From Hyaloraphidium curvatum SAG 235-1 (lineage: Eukaryota > Fungi > Monoblepharomycota), in the NCBI GenBank assembly GCA_025558095.1, contig JAIVFI010000018.1, positions 248,001 through 312,000 on the forward strand: a stretch of 64,000 nt of DNA, given 5' to 3'. The notes under the pieces were generated by a model. That model searched no databases, was not told where the DNA came from, and saw only the letters and a list, made by a program, of their open reading frames with translations. Below are positions 23,500 through 33,404 of this stretch, piece after piece. How positions within the stretch are numbered: position 1 is the first letter of the stretch; the number at the start of each line of letters is the position of its first letter. The position numbers and the translations under genes are program-made.

Positions 23500-24180
23500 A
23501 TGTCTTCGCAGTCGTCACCGCGCACGCCCTGGCCATCCGCTTATGGCTCTGGCGGCGGAGCGTCCTCAACATCGACGCCCGCGCGTTCCGGCGGGGGCCC
23601 TGCCGCGAGTACCCCCTCCTCTCCCGGGGAGGCATTCGTCAACGCGGTGGCGGCGCAGGTGGCGGACAACCCGGAGACCGCAGCTCGATTGCGGTTAGGC
23701 GGCTACGAGTACAACCTACGGCAGAAGCGCGAGCGGCGTGCCGGCCAGCTCCGCGAAGCCATCGCGGAGCGGAAGCGCCAACTCGAGCCTTTTGTCGCCG
23801 AGAAGAAGGACGCCTTCGCGCGGTACGCTGCCGAGGTTAAGAGGGGTCCGGTGCCTGGCGCTTCCGCTGTGGAGGAGCTCGAGCGCGTCGTGTGGGCTTT
23901 CGAGGACGCGGTCTCCCTGCAACGCACGCCGGACGCCGTCTTCCAGGCGCTGTTCCGGACCAACCCCGACGCCGCCGAGCGCTATCTTGCCATGGCGCGC
24001 GATCCGGTCACGAGCGACGTAGGATCGTTGCCCTGCTTCGTGCTGGAGCTCAAGCCCGGTGCGGAGGAGATGCTGGGTCAGTGGATGCGCGACCGGGGCC
24101 TCGATGGCTCCGCGAATTGGGACGTTCCTCGGGTCGTGGCCGGCACGGACGTCCCGCACGAGAGCTGCTGTACACCGTGA
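23500..24180 (+). CDS. Orphan intronless ORF between the inverted repeats (ORF open from 23269)
   Basis: Long ORF with plausible helical content; no transposase motif recognised. Confidence 0.55.
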   Translation: MSSQSSPRTPWPSAYGSGGGASSTSTPARSGGGPAASTPSSPGEAFVNAVAAQVADNPETAARLRLGGYEYNLRQKRERRAGQLREAIAERKRQLEPFVAEKKDAFARYAAEVKRGPVPGASAVEELERVVWAFEDAVSLQRTPDAVFQALFRTNPDAAERYLAMARDPVTSDVGSLPCFVLELKPGAEEMLGQWMRDRGLDGSANWDVPRVVAGTDVPHESCCTP

Positions 24181-24207
24181 GGGCCCGGATGTCGCGGCGA
24201 AACCGCT

Positions 24208-24556
24208 AAACGTCGAGTGATCGAAACACTCCGTCGCCTGTTTTGCTCTTTTTCGTTTTCTGACCACTGCTCATTTTTCCACTCATCCGTCCGGCTCATT
24301 TCCCCATTTTGTGGCCCTTTTCGCCGATGATTCGATGCGTGAAGTGCGGCGGGTGTTTTCGTGGCTGCGGGGGACGGGCCCCTCCTCTGAGCGCCCCCAA
24401 CACAATAGAGGACCATCTGTCCTCCGTGCAACCCTAACATTTCAGTCTCAGTCGGCACTACGCCGCGATTCGCCTGTTGCCCTTTGTGGATGCCGGGGAG
24501 TTCGCCGTGCAATCACCCCAGGCGGACGCTTCGGGCGGCGGTGCGAAACGGCGAGC
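24208..24556. repeat. Right arm of the 349-bp inverted repeat; begins with the 3' half of the tRNA
   Basis: aaacgtcgagtgatcgaaacactccgtcgcctgttttgctctttttc... mirrors 23195 down to 22847. Confidence 0.95.
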
Positions 24557-24796
24557 ACGCCTCGCTCGGCGACGCATCACTGGCCGACGCCTCGAAATCA
24601 GCCGCTGCTCTTCTTGGTGGAGCTAGACGGAACCCAGGGACAACTCCTCCCTAAGGCGCGAGGATGATGTCGTGTCCCTCAATCGATTAGCAGACTGCTC
24701 CGTCGATCGCGTCGACTCGCCGCGCAAAGCGACGCGTTGCTGCTGACAGGCCTGTCTCTGGACCCAGAAGGCCCGCATTCATTCCATCGGAAAACG

Positions 24797-25874
24797 ATGA
24801 TGGCGGACGCGGGCGACGGCCGCGACGAGGAACGCGTTTCCGTCGCGGAGGACGACGGAGACCCGGCCTGGGTTACCGACGACGGGGAGGGCGACGATGC
24901 GCAGGAATCCCCCGAGGACGACGAGGAGAACGAGGACGAAGCGGGAGAGGAAGAGGAGGAAGAGGAAGACGGGGAGGAGGACGACGGAGACGGGCTCCCG
25001 GCGCCGTCGCAGGAACTCAAGTCCATGTCCCTCAACTTCCCGCTCACCCAGGCCCGGCTCGTCCAGCTCGCCGCGGACTCCGTACCTCGAGAGCCTGGAC
25101 ATCAGGCCCGACTACGCCGGCAGCGCCCCCACGCTCTCGTTCGGCGACGTCTCGTTCCGCAGGCTGCGGACCCTCTCGGTGCAGCAGCCGCTGACGGACA
25201 TCTTCTTCGTCAAGGAGCATTACCCGGCCATGGAAAGCATCTTTTTGGAGCAGTACAGGTCCGGGGGCATCCACATGGACCTCCCCAGTGCGTATACAGC
25301 CCGGCCCGAGGGACTGCAGCGCTGACGCGGACCCCCGCAGGGCTGACGTACTTCTCCGCGCAGCACTGGATGGTCGACGACCCGCACGGCTTCGGGCCGT
25401 CCCTCAGCCGCTGTCCGAAGCTCGAGACAGTCAACTGCTACAAGCTCTGGGGCCTCGGTTCGTCCGACCCGTCCCTCGTCCCGATCGTGCCCTCACGCAG
25501 CACTCGCAGGCGTCGGTTCCAGGAGCCGCGGCCACCGCCTCGCCCTCCCCTCGCTCGAGGAGCTGGACCTGTACCGCTCCGACGACCTGGGCTTCCTCGA
25601 GATCTGGGCGCCGCGGCTGCGCAAGCTGAACCTGCAGGCGTGCTACGGCATCGAACGCGTGGACGTGCTGGGTGCGCCGCCCGAGGGGTACGCGGACTAC
25701 GTGAAGCTGGCGCCGCAGAAGGCGTCGAGGTACATCGTCAACTTCATCAACACGAGCGTGCCGGCGGGGAACGTCGTCAGGAACCCGAGGTGCCGGAAGG
25801 TGTTTGCCAACGACGAGGACGACGAGTTTGGGGACGGGTCCGCGGCGCTCCAGGAGGCGTGGATGCTCGCGTGA
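24797..25874 (+). pseudogene. LRR-like protein with acidic N-terminus; apparent frameshift near 25073 (pseudogene or assembly error)
   Basis: PYLESLDI, CPKLETVNCYKLWGL, LEELDLYRSDDL, APRLRKLNLQAC; frames switch at ctcgccgcggactccgtac with no good intron. Confidence 0.55.
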
Positions 25875-25986
25875 AGCGGGGCTCGGGTGTGTTTGCCGTG
25901 GTCGGATCGGCATGTCGTTCTATGTATCATTTGGCATCGTGGATGGGTATTGCGCCAGCATGCGACATCGATGGCGGACCGCCCAA

Positions 25987-27654
25987 TCACCCGGCCCACC
26001 CCACCTCCCTCGCCGCCTTCTCGAACGCCTCCCACCTCCCCCCCTCCCTGGCCATCAGATCTTCCCTCCCCCCCGTCCCGTCCGCCTTCCCCATCTCTCC
26101 CCTCCTGTACCCCGCGATCCGCACGCACACGGCGTGCGACGACGTGTCCCACGCCCAGTTGGTCCCGAACACGGACTCGAGGTTGTACCGCGAGAGGAGC
26201 GCGCCGGCGGCCGAGAGGAGGAGGGAGAGGCCGCGCGGCGGGGACGGGGGCCGGGCGAGACCAGGGGTGGGGGAGGGGAAGAGCGGGGTCGAGGGCCAGA
26301 GCTTCGAGGCGAGGCGGGAGGCGAGGCCGGTTGGTAAAGGGGAGGGGGAGGGGTCGAGCAGCGCGCGCAGGACCGCGGCGGGTTCCCCGTCCCAGTCCCC
26401 GCGGGCGAAGCCGAACGCCCACGCCTCGAGGGGGTCGCGGCCGGCGGCGGCGTGCAGCGCGAGCTCGTCGCCGAACTCGGGGGAGCGGAGGACGATCTTG
26501 GGCGCACCCGCTGGGGCGGCGAACGCGTGTTCGGTGTCCCAGTCGCGCTCGACGGCGAGGCCGCGCGATTCGAGCCAGGTTTCGAACCACCCGCGCTCGC
26601 CGCCGGAGACCCAGCGCAGCGTGCCGCGCTTCCGGCCGTCGCGGAGGGGAACGGGTCGGCCAAAGACGGCCAGGCCGCGGGCGTAGTGCAGCGCCCAGGC
26701 CTCCCAAAGGATGCGGGGGAAGGTGAGGAAGGCGGCCAGGGGGAGCATGAGCAGGGCGCGGAGGAGCGACCAAGACGTCAGCTCCGTCGCGGAGGTCGTC
26801 CACAAGCGGGCGTGGAGGTGCTTCTTGTGGGTGAGAGGGAGGTCGGGGAGGTCGGGCAGCTTGGTCGGCTCGGGGACCGACGCCTCCGGGGCCGGCAGCT
26901 CCGCGATCGGCGCCCAGTGCGAGATGGCGACGTCGGCCTTCATGGAAAGGAGGGGATCGCGCACCTGGAAGGCGTACAGGCCGGTGCGCGGGCTGAAGGG
27001 GGAGACGTGAAAGGTCCGCGGCAGGATGTGCGCGTGCGTGTACCTAAGAGGTGGGGGCGGTGCTGTCAGTGATCCCGTCGGACGAGCTGGATCGCGGTCA
27101 CCCCACCCCTTCCGGATCAGCGTCTTCGTGCCCTCGCCCCCCGGACCGTGATCCAGCACGTAGAGGAATCGCTCGCCAAAAGTGTTGTTGACCTCGGCCA
27201 CCGTGCACCTGAGCTTGGGCGCCTCCCCGCCCGCGGCAGCGGAGTAGCAGAACCACACGTTGAGCGGGTTGAAGGCCACGCCGAACACGCGCGGCATGGT
27301 GAAGAGCAGCAGCGGGCCTGCGATCTCCGCGGGCGGGATGCCCCCGACGCGTGCTGCGGCCCACTCGAGGCGTGCCCGCATGCCGCCCCTGCCGGGCACC
27401 TCTGCCAGGTAGTCCTCCTCGCGCACCTCGACGACGGGCGGCAGCCACGGGCGGTCCCCGGCTGCCCGGCAGCCGAAGAGGGGGAATGCGGGGGAGCGGG
27501 CGGGGTTGCGGGCGTCGAGGGCGTCGACGTCGAGCAGCAGGTGGAACAAGTCGTAGCGGAACGAGTGGCCGGTCGGCAGCAGCCGCGCGTGCGCCGTGCG
27601 CGTGAAGTGCAGCGTGTGGCCGCGGCCGATCGCGGTGTCGGCGGCGGTCGCCAT
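25987..27654 (-). CDS. DUF1365 family protein (UfaO-like) with C-terminal extension; one short intron near 27045-27102
   Basis: HARLLPTGHSFRY; TMPRVFGVAFNPLNVWFCY; AEVNNTFGERFLY; FHVSPF; PRILWEAWALH. Confidence 0.9.
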   Translation of the reverse strand: MATAADTAIGRGHTLHFTRTAHARLLPTGHSFRYDLFHLLLDVDALDARNPARSPAFPLFGCRAAGDRPWLPPVVEVREEDYLAEVPGRGGMRARLEWAAARVGGIPPAEIAGPLLLFTMPRVFGVAFNPLNVWFCYSAAAGGEAPKLRCTVAEVNNTFGERFLYVLDHGPGGEGTKTLIRKGWGDRDPARPTGSLTAPPPPLRYTHAHILPRTFHVSPFSPRTGLYAFQVRDPLLSMKADVAISHWAPIAELPAPEASVPEPTKLPDLPDLPLTHKKHLHARLWTTSATELTSWSLLRALLMLPLAAFLTFPRILWEAWALHYARGLAVFGRPVPLRDGRKRGTLRWVSGGERGWFETWLESRGLAVERDWDTEHAFAAPAGAPKIVLRSPEFGDELALHAAAGRDPLEAWAFGFARGDWDGEPAAVLRALLDPSPSPLPTGLASRLASKLWPSTPLFPSPTPGLARPPSPPRGLSLLLSAAGALLSRYNLESVFGTNWAWDTSSHAVCVRIAGYRRGEMGKADGTGGREDLMAREGGRWEAFEKAAREVGWAG

Positions 27655-28045
27655 CGGGTCCTCTCGGTGGATCACGCGGTGCGGGGAATCCGGGAAGGGG
27701 GGCCGCCGAACTCCGTCTGCGCGGGAGCCGCTCGGGGACGCCGGCCCGGGCGCGATGACTCTTGGCGCGCTCAGGCCGCGCCGGATTAGTCACTTTCGGC
27801 GCTCGGGCCGTGTTCGGATTAGAGGCGGGATCGCCGCATGAATGTGCTCCGACTCCCGACATCCGCCGCTGATCCGGATCCCAACTCCGCGGTACGCTGC
27901 CCGACGGCATCGCGCGCCCTAATCCCGCATTCTAATTGCCTGCATTTTGCAGACCGTTTCCCGCTCGGCCGCAGCCCGCCTTCTGCGGTTGACTGCCTCC
28001 CCCGCCGGTTGGCACGAGCACCGCTTCCTCCACCCGATCCCCGCA

Positions 28046-30041
28046 ATGCCCGCACGCTCCGGGGCCGCACGCCGCGTGGCCGTCGTCGGCTCCGGCGTCG
28101 CCTCGATGGGCGCCGTGTGGTGCCTGACACGCCACCCGGACGTGCTCGTCGACATCTTCGAGGCCGGCTCGTACCCCGGCGGGCACACCCACACCGTCTA
28201 CATAGAGAGCCTGGAGGTCTGCGAAAAGGCAGCAAAGGCAGCCAACGGCCATGCAAATGGCCACGCCAACGGCCACGCGAACGGCCACGCCAACGGCCAC
28301 GCCAAGCCCGCCGGCGCCCCCAAGCCCGCCCTGGTCACCGACGTCCCCGCCACGCCGACGCAGCTCCCCGTCGACACCGGCTTCATCGTCATGAACCCCG
28401 TCACCTACCCCAACTTCCTGGCCTTCCTCGCCCACCTGCACGTGCGCACCGTGCCCTCGGACATGTCCTTCGCCGTGTCGCGGCGCGCCCCGGAGAAGCC
28501 GCTGGAGCCCGTGCTCGAGTGGGCTGGCGCGGGGCTCAGGACGCTGTTTGCGGACTGGAGGAACCTGTGGGTCGGGGGCGGCGGGATGTGGAGGCTGGCG
28601 CTCGACGCGTGGAAGTTTGGCGAGGAGGCCGAGGAGATGGTGCGCAAGGGCGAGATGGAGAGGTTCGACGACGACGGCAAGTTCGTCGGCAAGCAGGGCT
28701 GGACGCCCAAGGAAGGTGCGTGTCGTCTCTAGCGGTGCCCGGCATCCCGCCAGCGGCAGATCACTGATCTCTCCCTCCCCTCAAGATGTCGCGATCGGCG
28801 ACTTTTTCAAGTCGCGCCCCTACTCCACCTTCTTCTACGAGAACTACATCCTCCCCATGACCGCCGCCATCTGGTCCACCCCCGCCGAGGAGGTCTACGA
28901 CGGCTTCCCCTTCGACACCCTCGTCCGCTTCATGCGCAACCACAAGCTGCTCGAGCTGGGCGAACGGCCGCAGGTGCGCCGCCCTCCGACCTCCCCCACC
29001 GGCTTCGTGCTGACCTCCCGCGCCCCCGTTCAGTGGCTCACGGTCGAGAACGGCTCGCGCTCCTACGTCTCCGCCGTCCTCTCGCAGCTCCCCTCCACGC
29101 AGCGCCTGCACCTCAACACCGCCATCCGCTCGCTCCGCCGGGAGCGCCGCGGCTCGGCGTGGGAGGTGTTCCTCACCGACGCCTCGGGCAAGGAGTGGGG
29201 GCCCTACGACGCCGTGGTGATGGGGTGCCACGGGGACCAGGCGCTCGAGATCCTGGGGGAGCAGGCGACCGAGGACGAGAGGAGGGTGCTGGGGAGGGTG
29301 GCGTTCACCAAGAACCGCTGCGTGCTGCACCGTGATCCCAGGGTGCGTCGATCTCGGGCCTTCCATTCCGGTCGCGATCGGTGCTGAAACCCCCGCCTGC
29401 AGCTCATGCCCGCCAACAAGCTCTGCTGGTCCTCGTGGAACTACCTCACCCTCTCCCCCACCGGCGCGGAGAAAAAGTCGACCTCCATGTGCCTCACCTA
29501 CTGGATGAACAAGCTGCAGCCCTTCCTGGACCCCGCCACGCACGGCGACGTCTTCGTGACCGTCAACCCGTTCGTCGAGCCCGAGGGCAAGCTCGGCGAG
29601 TGGACGTACGAGCACCCGAGGCTCGACGCGGGGCTGGTGGCGAGCCAGGAGGAGATCAACGCGGTGCAGAACAAAGCGGGGGTGGTGTTTGCCGGCGCGT
29701 GGACCAACTACGGCTTCCACGGTGGGTTCCGAGCCATCTCGTTCCGCGCCGAGAGCTGATGAAGAGCTTCCGCCGCAGAGGACGGCATCACCTCCTCGCT
29801 CCTCGCCGCCTCGTCGATCGGCTTCCCGCCGCCGTTCCCCGTGCACATGAATGGGGGATACCCGACCCACCGCAAGCCGTACCCGCCCGCGGCGGGCGTC
29901 GACCCGATCGTGGTGGCGCCGCCCAACTACACCCGCAACACGGAGCGGAAGAAGGCCGGGTCGGTGTCGTGGGGCGCGTGGGGGGCGGGCAAGGTGGCGG
30001 GCGGGATCGGGTGGGCGCTGGGCAAGGCGGCCGGGTTCTGA
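28046..30041 (+). CDS. COG2907-type NAD/FAD-binding flavin oxidoreductase (UfaD-like); multi-exon
   Basis: VAVVGSGVAS; FEAGSYPGGHTHTV; VDTGFIVMNPVTYPNF; SDMSFAVS; YILPMTAAIWS; WSSWNY; LTYWMNKLQ; YEHP; GAWTNYGFH..GITS. Confidence 0.92.
28241..28300 (+). repeat. 5 x 12-bp coding tandem repeat (ANGH)5
   Basis: gccaacggccat gcaaatggccac gccaacggccac gcgaacggccac gccaacggccac. Confidence 0.9.
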
Positions 30042-33000
30042 GGGGCCGACGAGCGGGGAAGATGGAGATGAGTTGGACTTAGACGCGCCGAGCTGTATCG
30101 TTACCCCCCGATTCCCATATCGATCTTTGACGCCGATACGGCCTTCATTCGCTTTGCGTTCTTTCGCCTCCCGAAAAGATCTTACCCCTGCGACTTCCGG
30201 GGCTCCACAAGAAGCACCACCACATCGATCGCCGCCCGGGGTGTCGGCCCGCGCCGCTCGCGCCCTCAGGCGCAGCCTGCAGCGAACCCTGCCCTCACCA
30301 CCGAAGCCCGCCGACCGCAGGACCCACGCGAAGTTCCCTGCCAAGATGCCGAGCACGCTAGGGGAGGTTGTGCTGCCATGGCGAGTCAGCGCGCAGCGGC
30401 GTGCTGGACTGCGCCCATCCGCAGTCTTGCCAGAGCAATGCTACGAGGCACGCAAGTCGCGGTCAACACCGGCGGTCACTTGGCGGTGGCGGTGGTGAGG
30501 GGCCGGAACCGTCCGCTTCATTGCCTTGCTTGTCTTTGCTTGCCGAAGGTGATCGGACGCCTCAATCCACGTCGACCAGAGGAGGAATCTGACCCCCAGC
30601 GGCGCTCGGGACTCCACAAGGAGCTCCGGATCGCCGCAAAGGGTGTTGGGACCACGCCGCCCGCGGTAGGACTTAGTCCAAGCCGCGGGCCTGCAGCGCC
30701 CCGCTCTCCACAGTCGCCGCCAGGCCGCGAGGGACCACTCGCGAACCACCCTCGCACCGCCATGGCACCGGAACGCATCTGCTTTTCCATCCGCATATGG
30801 CGCGCTTCCATGGCCTTCGATGCGGGAATACTTGCGACCACGTTGCCGGCACCATGGCAGCAGGAGGTCGCGGTCGGGTCGCAGCCCCTGGTGGCGGCGA
30901 AGGATGAAGAGTCCCGTGCGATCAACGATCTGCACGCTCGCCCTGCGCGTGCATGGGCGCAGGCTCCGCGGTTCCGATCGAGCCCAGGCCGTCGAGAGTG
31001 CGATCATGCTGGCCCGAAACCCTCGTGAAGCAAGACCCGTCCCACGGAACAGGAACAGCGATCTGACCCCAGACGGCCCATCTGCCGGCGGCAACAGACG
31101 GCGGTCGGCGCCCCCGACGAAGCTCTGGGAACCTCCGACGCATACCGCGTCGAAGGCTGACCGAACGAGCCCAATCGAACCCGCAGAGCCCTCCCCACCC
31201 TCTCTCCAGGATCTCCCCGCCGTCCTACGGGACAACGGATCCACGATCATCACCCCGCAGCAGGTCCCATACGGGCCGTCGTGCTTGTGTCCCGACCACC
31301 GCTCGAGCTTCCCGCCCGACCGCGGCTATCGAGCAATCAGTCGACGCGGCTATCGAACCAGCCGACCGCCGCCGTCGATCGCGCAAGACCCGGCGCCCGC
31401 TCAACTGCGGGCAGTCATCCCCGGGTGTTCAACAAGCGCGTGCTCCGACGGGATCGCGATCTCTCTGCTCGGTGTGGGCCACCTTCGAGCGGCCGGTCGA
31501 ACCACGGTCCGACGGGCCGGGTAGAGAGTGCGCAAGGCACGGCAAGGCGAGGCTGACGGCGCTCCTGGCGCTTCGTCGGCGCTTTCGCTCTCCGGCGGTG
31601 CACTCGTGCGACTTTTCCTGCGGGCACCGCCCGGATGCTTCTCGAGGGCACCGCCCCTTTCCTTTGCCGTACCGAAGCTTTTTCGCCCATTTTCCGATTA
31701 TCTGGAGGTCGGGGGAGCGTCAGAAGGCGACGCCGTGGATCTCGAAGGGCCGCGGGAGACAGGAGACCCCCTGTTGTCGGGCGGCCGCCGAACCTACTTT
31801 TCCACTCCGTTCCTTCATGATTGCTGGCAGAGCACAGATGTTAGCGGCGTGTGCCGAGGTTGCTTACCGAACAGCCGTCTGTGCGGGTGTGGTGTCGAAT
31901 CCAGTCGGCATCGTGAGCCGGAGGTGGCGAAAAGCCGAGCCGACCGCTGATGTCACCACCCTTCATAAACCAAATCTGCCCCCAGGCCAAATCTATTCGC
32001 TTCGAGGCACAATTATGAGCTGGCTCGCTAAAATCCGCTGTTCAACGCAATGTGTCAGACGTTGGCAAATGCCGTCTGCCAGCATGGGCAAAACAAGATT
32101 CACTTCAATCAACACCGCCTAGAACACCGCGTCCGAGGAACAATGAAGCCAGGAAACGTTTCTTTCGCTTCGATTTTGAACTTTTCCCTTGCCGAGGGCC
32201 GTTGAGCATCTCCGGGCGCCCCTGTGCGGTCCCATTGCTCGGCATGGTCACTACGTCCTCAACCGAGATCGGCAATCCATCGAGCCGAGTCCTTAGAAGT
32301 AGCAGATAGCGCACCGTCCGCTTCCACCTGTCTGCTGCGCCGGAATTCGCCCGCCCGTGAGCACCTCCTCCGCGGAAGCTCCACCAGCCCGGCTTCGCAA
32401 ACACGCCGGCGACCTCCGGCTCTTCGGTCCGCACCCGACTGCCCCGGCGTCCGCCTGTCTCCCCCGGGCGGGACGGGTCGCAGGGCCCGTCGCTGCACGC
32501 GAGGGACCCGCGGGGAGCGTTTCAACGGGTTCCGCGAGCGGGCAGACACGCGGTGCCGCCGAAACAGAGGCCGCCGGTGCAGCCGCGTGTAAACGATTGC
32601 GGGCGGCCGTGGGAGTCTTCCTGCTGGCGTCGTCCGAGCTTGGTGGTCCGGGGATGGCGCCGGGCGGGAGGAGCATTGGGATTCGTGTCGGGCGAGCGGG
32701 TCGGCCGTCCGCCGTCCAGGAACGCTCGCCGCGCGAAGCCCGCAGCTGGGAGATGCCGGCAAAATTGGGGCAACGGGGCTCATAGCAGCAGGCGACGGGT
32801 GAGCGCGTGCGGGGGTGCCCCGAGCGGTGACGGTGCGCCTTGGGCCGGGGCCGCGGTGATTCGACCTCCCAGCCGTCCCGCGGCCTTCAAAACATTCGAC
32901 GAGAGCGGCCGGGGTGGAGCTGCCGGCTCAATGCCGCGTGGTGGAAAAAACGCAGCGCGGGTCAACGAGTCGGGTTGGAACTTCGGACGCGCCGTTTCCG

Positions 33001-33286
33001 CGCCCGGCGCCGCCGGCGGCGTGGAGCGCGGTGCGGGGGCGACGCGTCAGCGGTGCATGCGGGTGCTCGCGGGCCTCCATCGCCGCGGGCGCCCACGGGG
33101 TGATTGACCCAAACAATGGAGGTGCCTTGGCTGTGCTCGGAGCCGATTTTCAAAGTCGTCGCAGGGGCTCTGCGACCCCCGGACCGGCTGCATTTCGGTT
33201 TCGACTTGCTACCTGCGCGGCGCGGCGCCGATCGGCCGGGAGGGAGGGCGTGGGGGGGGCGCCGAAGGTTCCCAGCCAGCCGCGAC

Positions 33287-33293
33287 TATAAAA
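33287..33293 (+). promoter_or_regulatory. Putative TATA box
   Basis: TATAAAA in very GC-rich DNA about 115 nt upstream of the ATG at 33405. Confidence 0.55.
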
Positions 33294-33404
33294 GGCAGGG
33301 GCGCCGCCATTGTTTGGGCACAGACACCTCGTGTCATCACGCCCCGCCGCCATCGCCGCCGCCGCCGCCGCCTGCTGCCGCTACATACCCTGACGCTGGC
33401 AAGC

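Noticed and set aside
23269-24180. Transposase or integrase within the inverted repeat
   Set aside because: No DDE, tyrosine-recombinase or HUH motif was recognisable.
22376-24667. Paired ORFs MALFADDS.. and MHGELPGI.. as duplicated genes
   Set aside because: They are mirror translations of the inverted repeat and tRNA flank and have no coding features.
15320-30041. Bacterial contamination as the source of the ufa-like cluster
   Set aside because: All five genes have spliceosomal introns like their neighbours and are contiguous with clearly eukaryotic genes.
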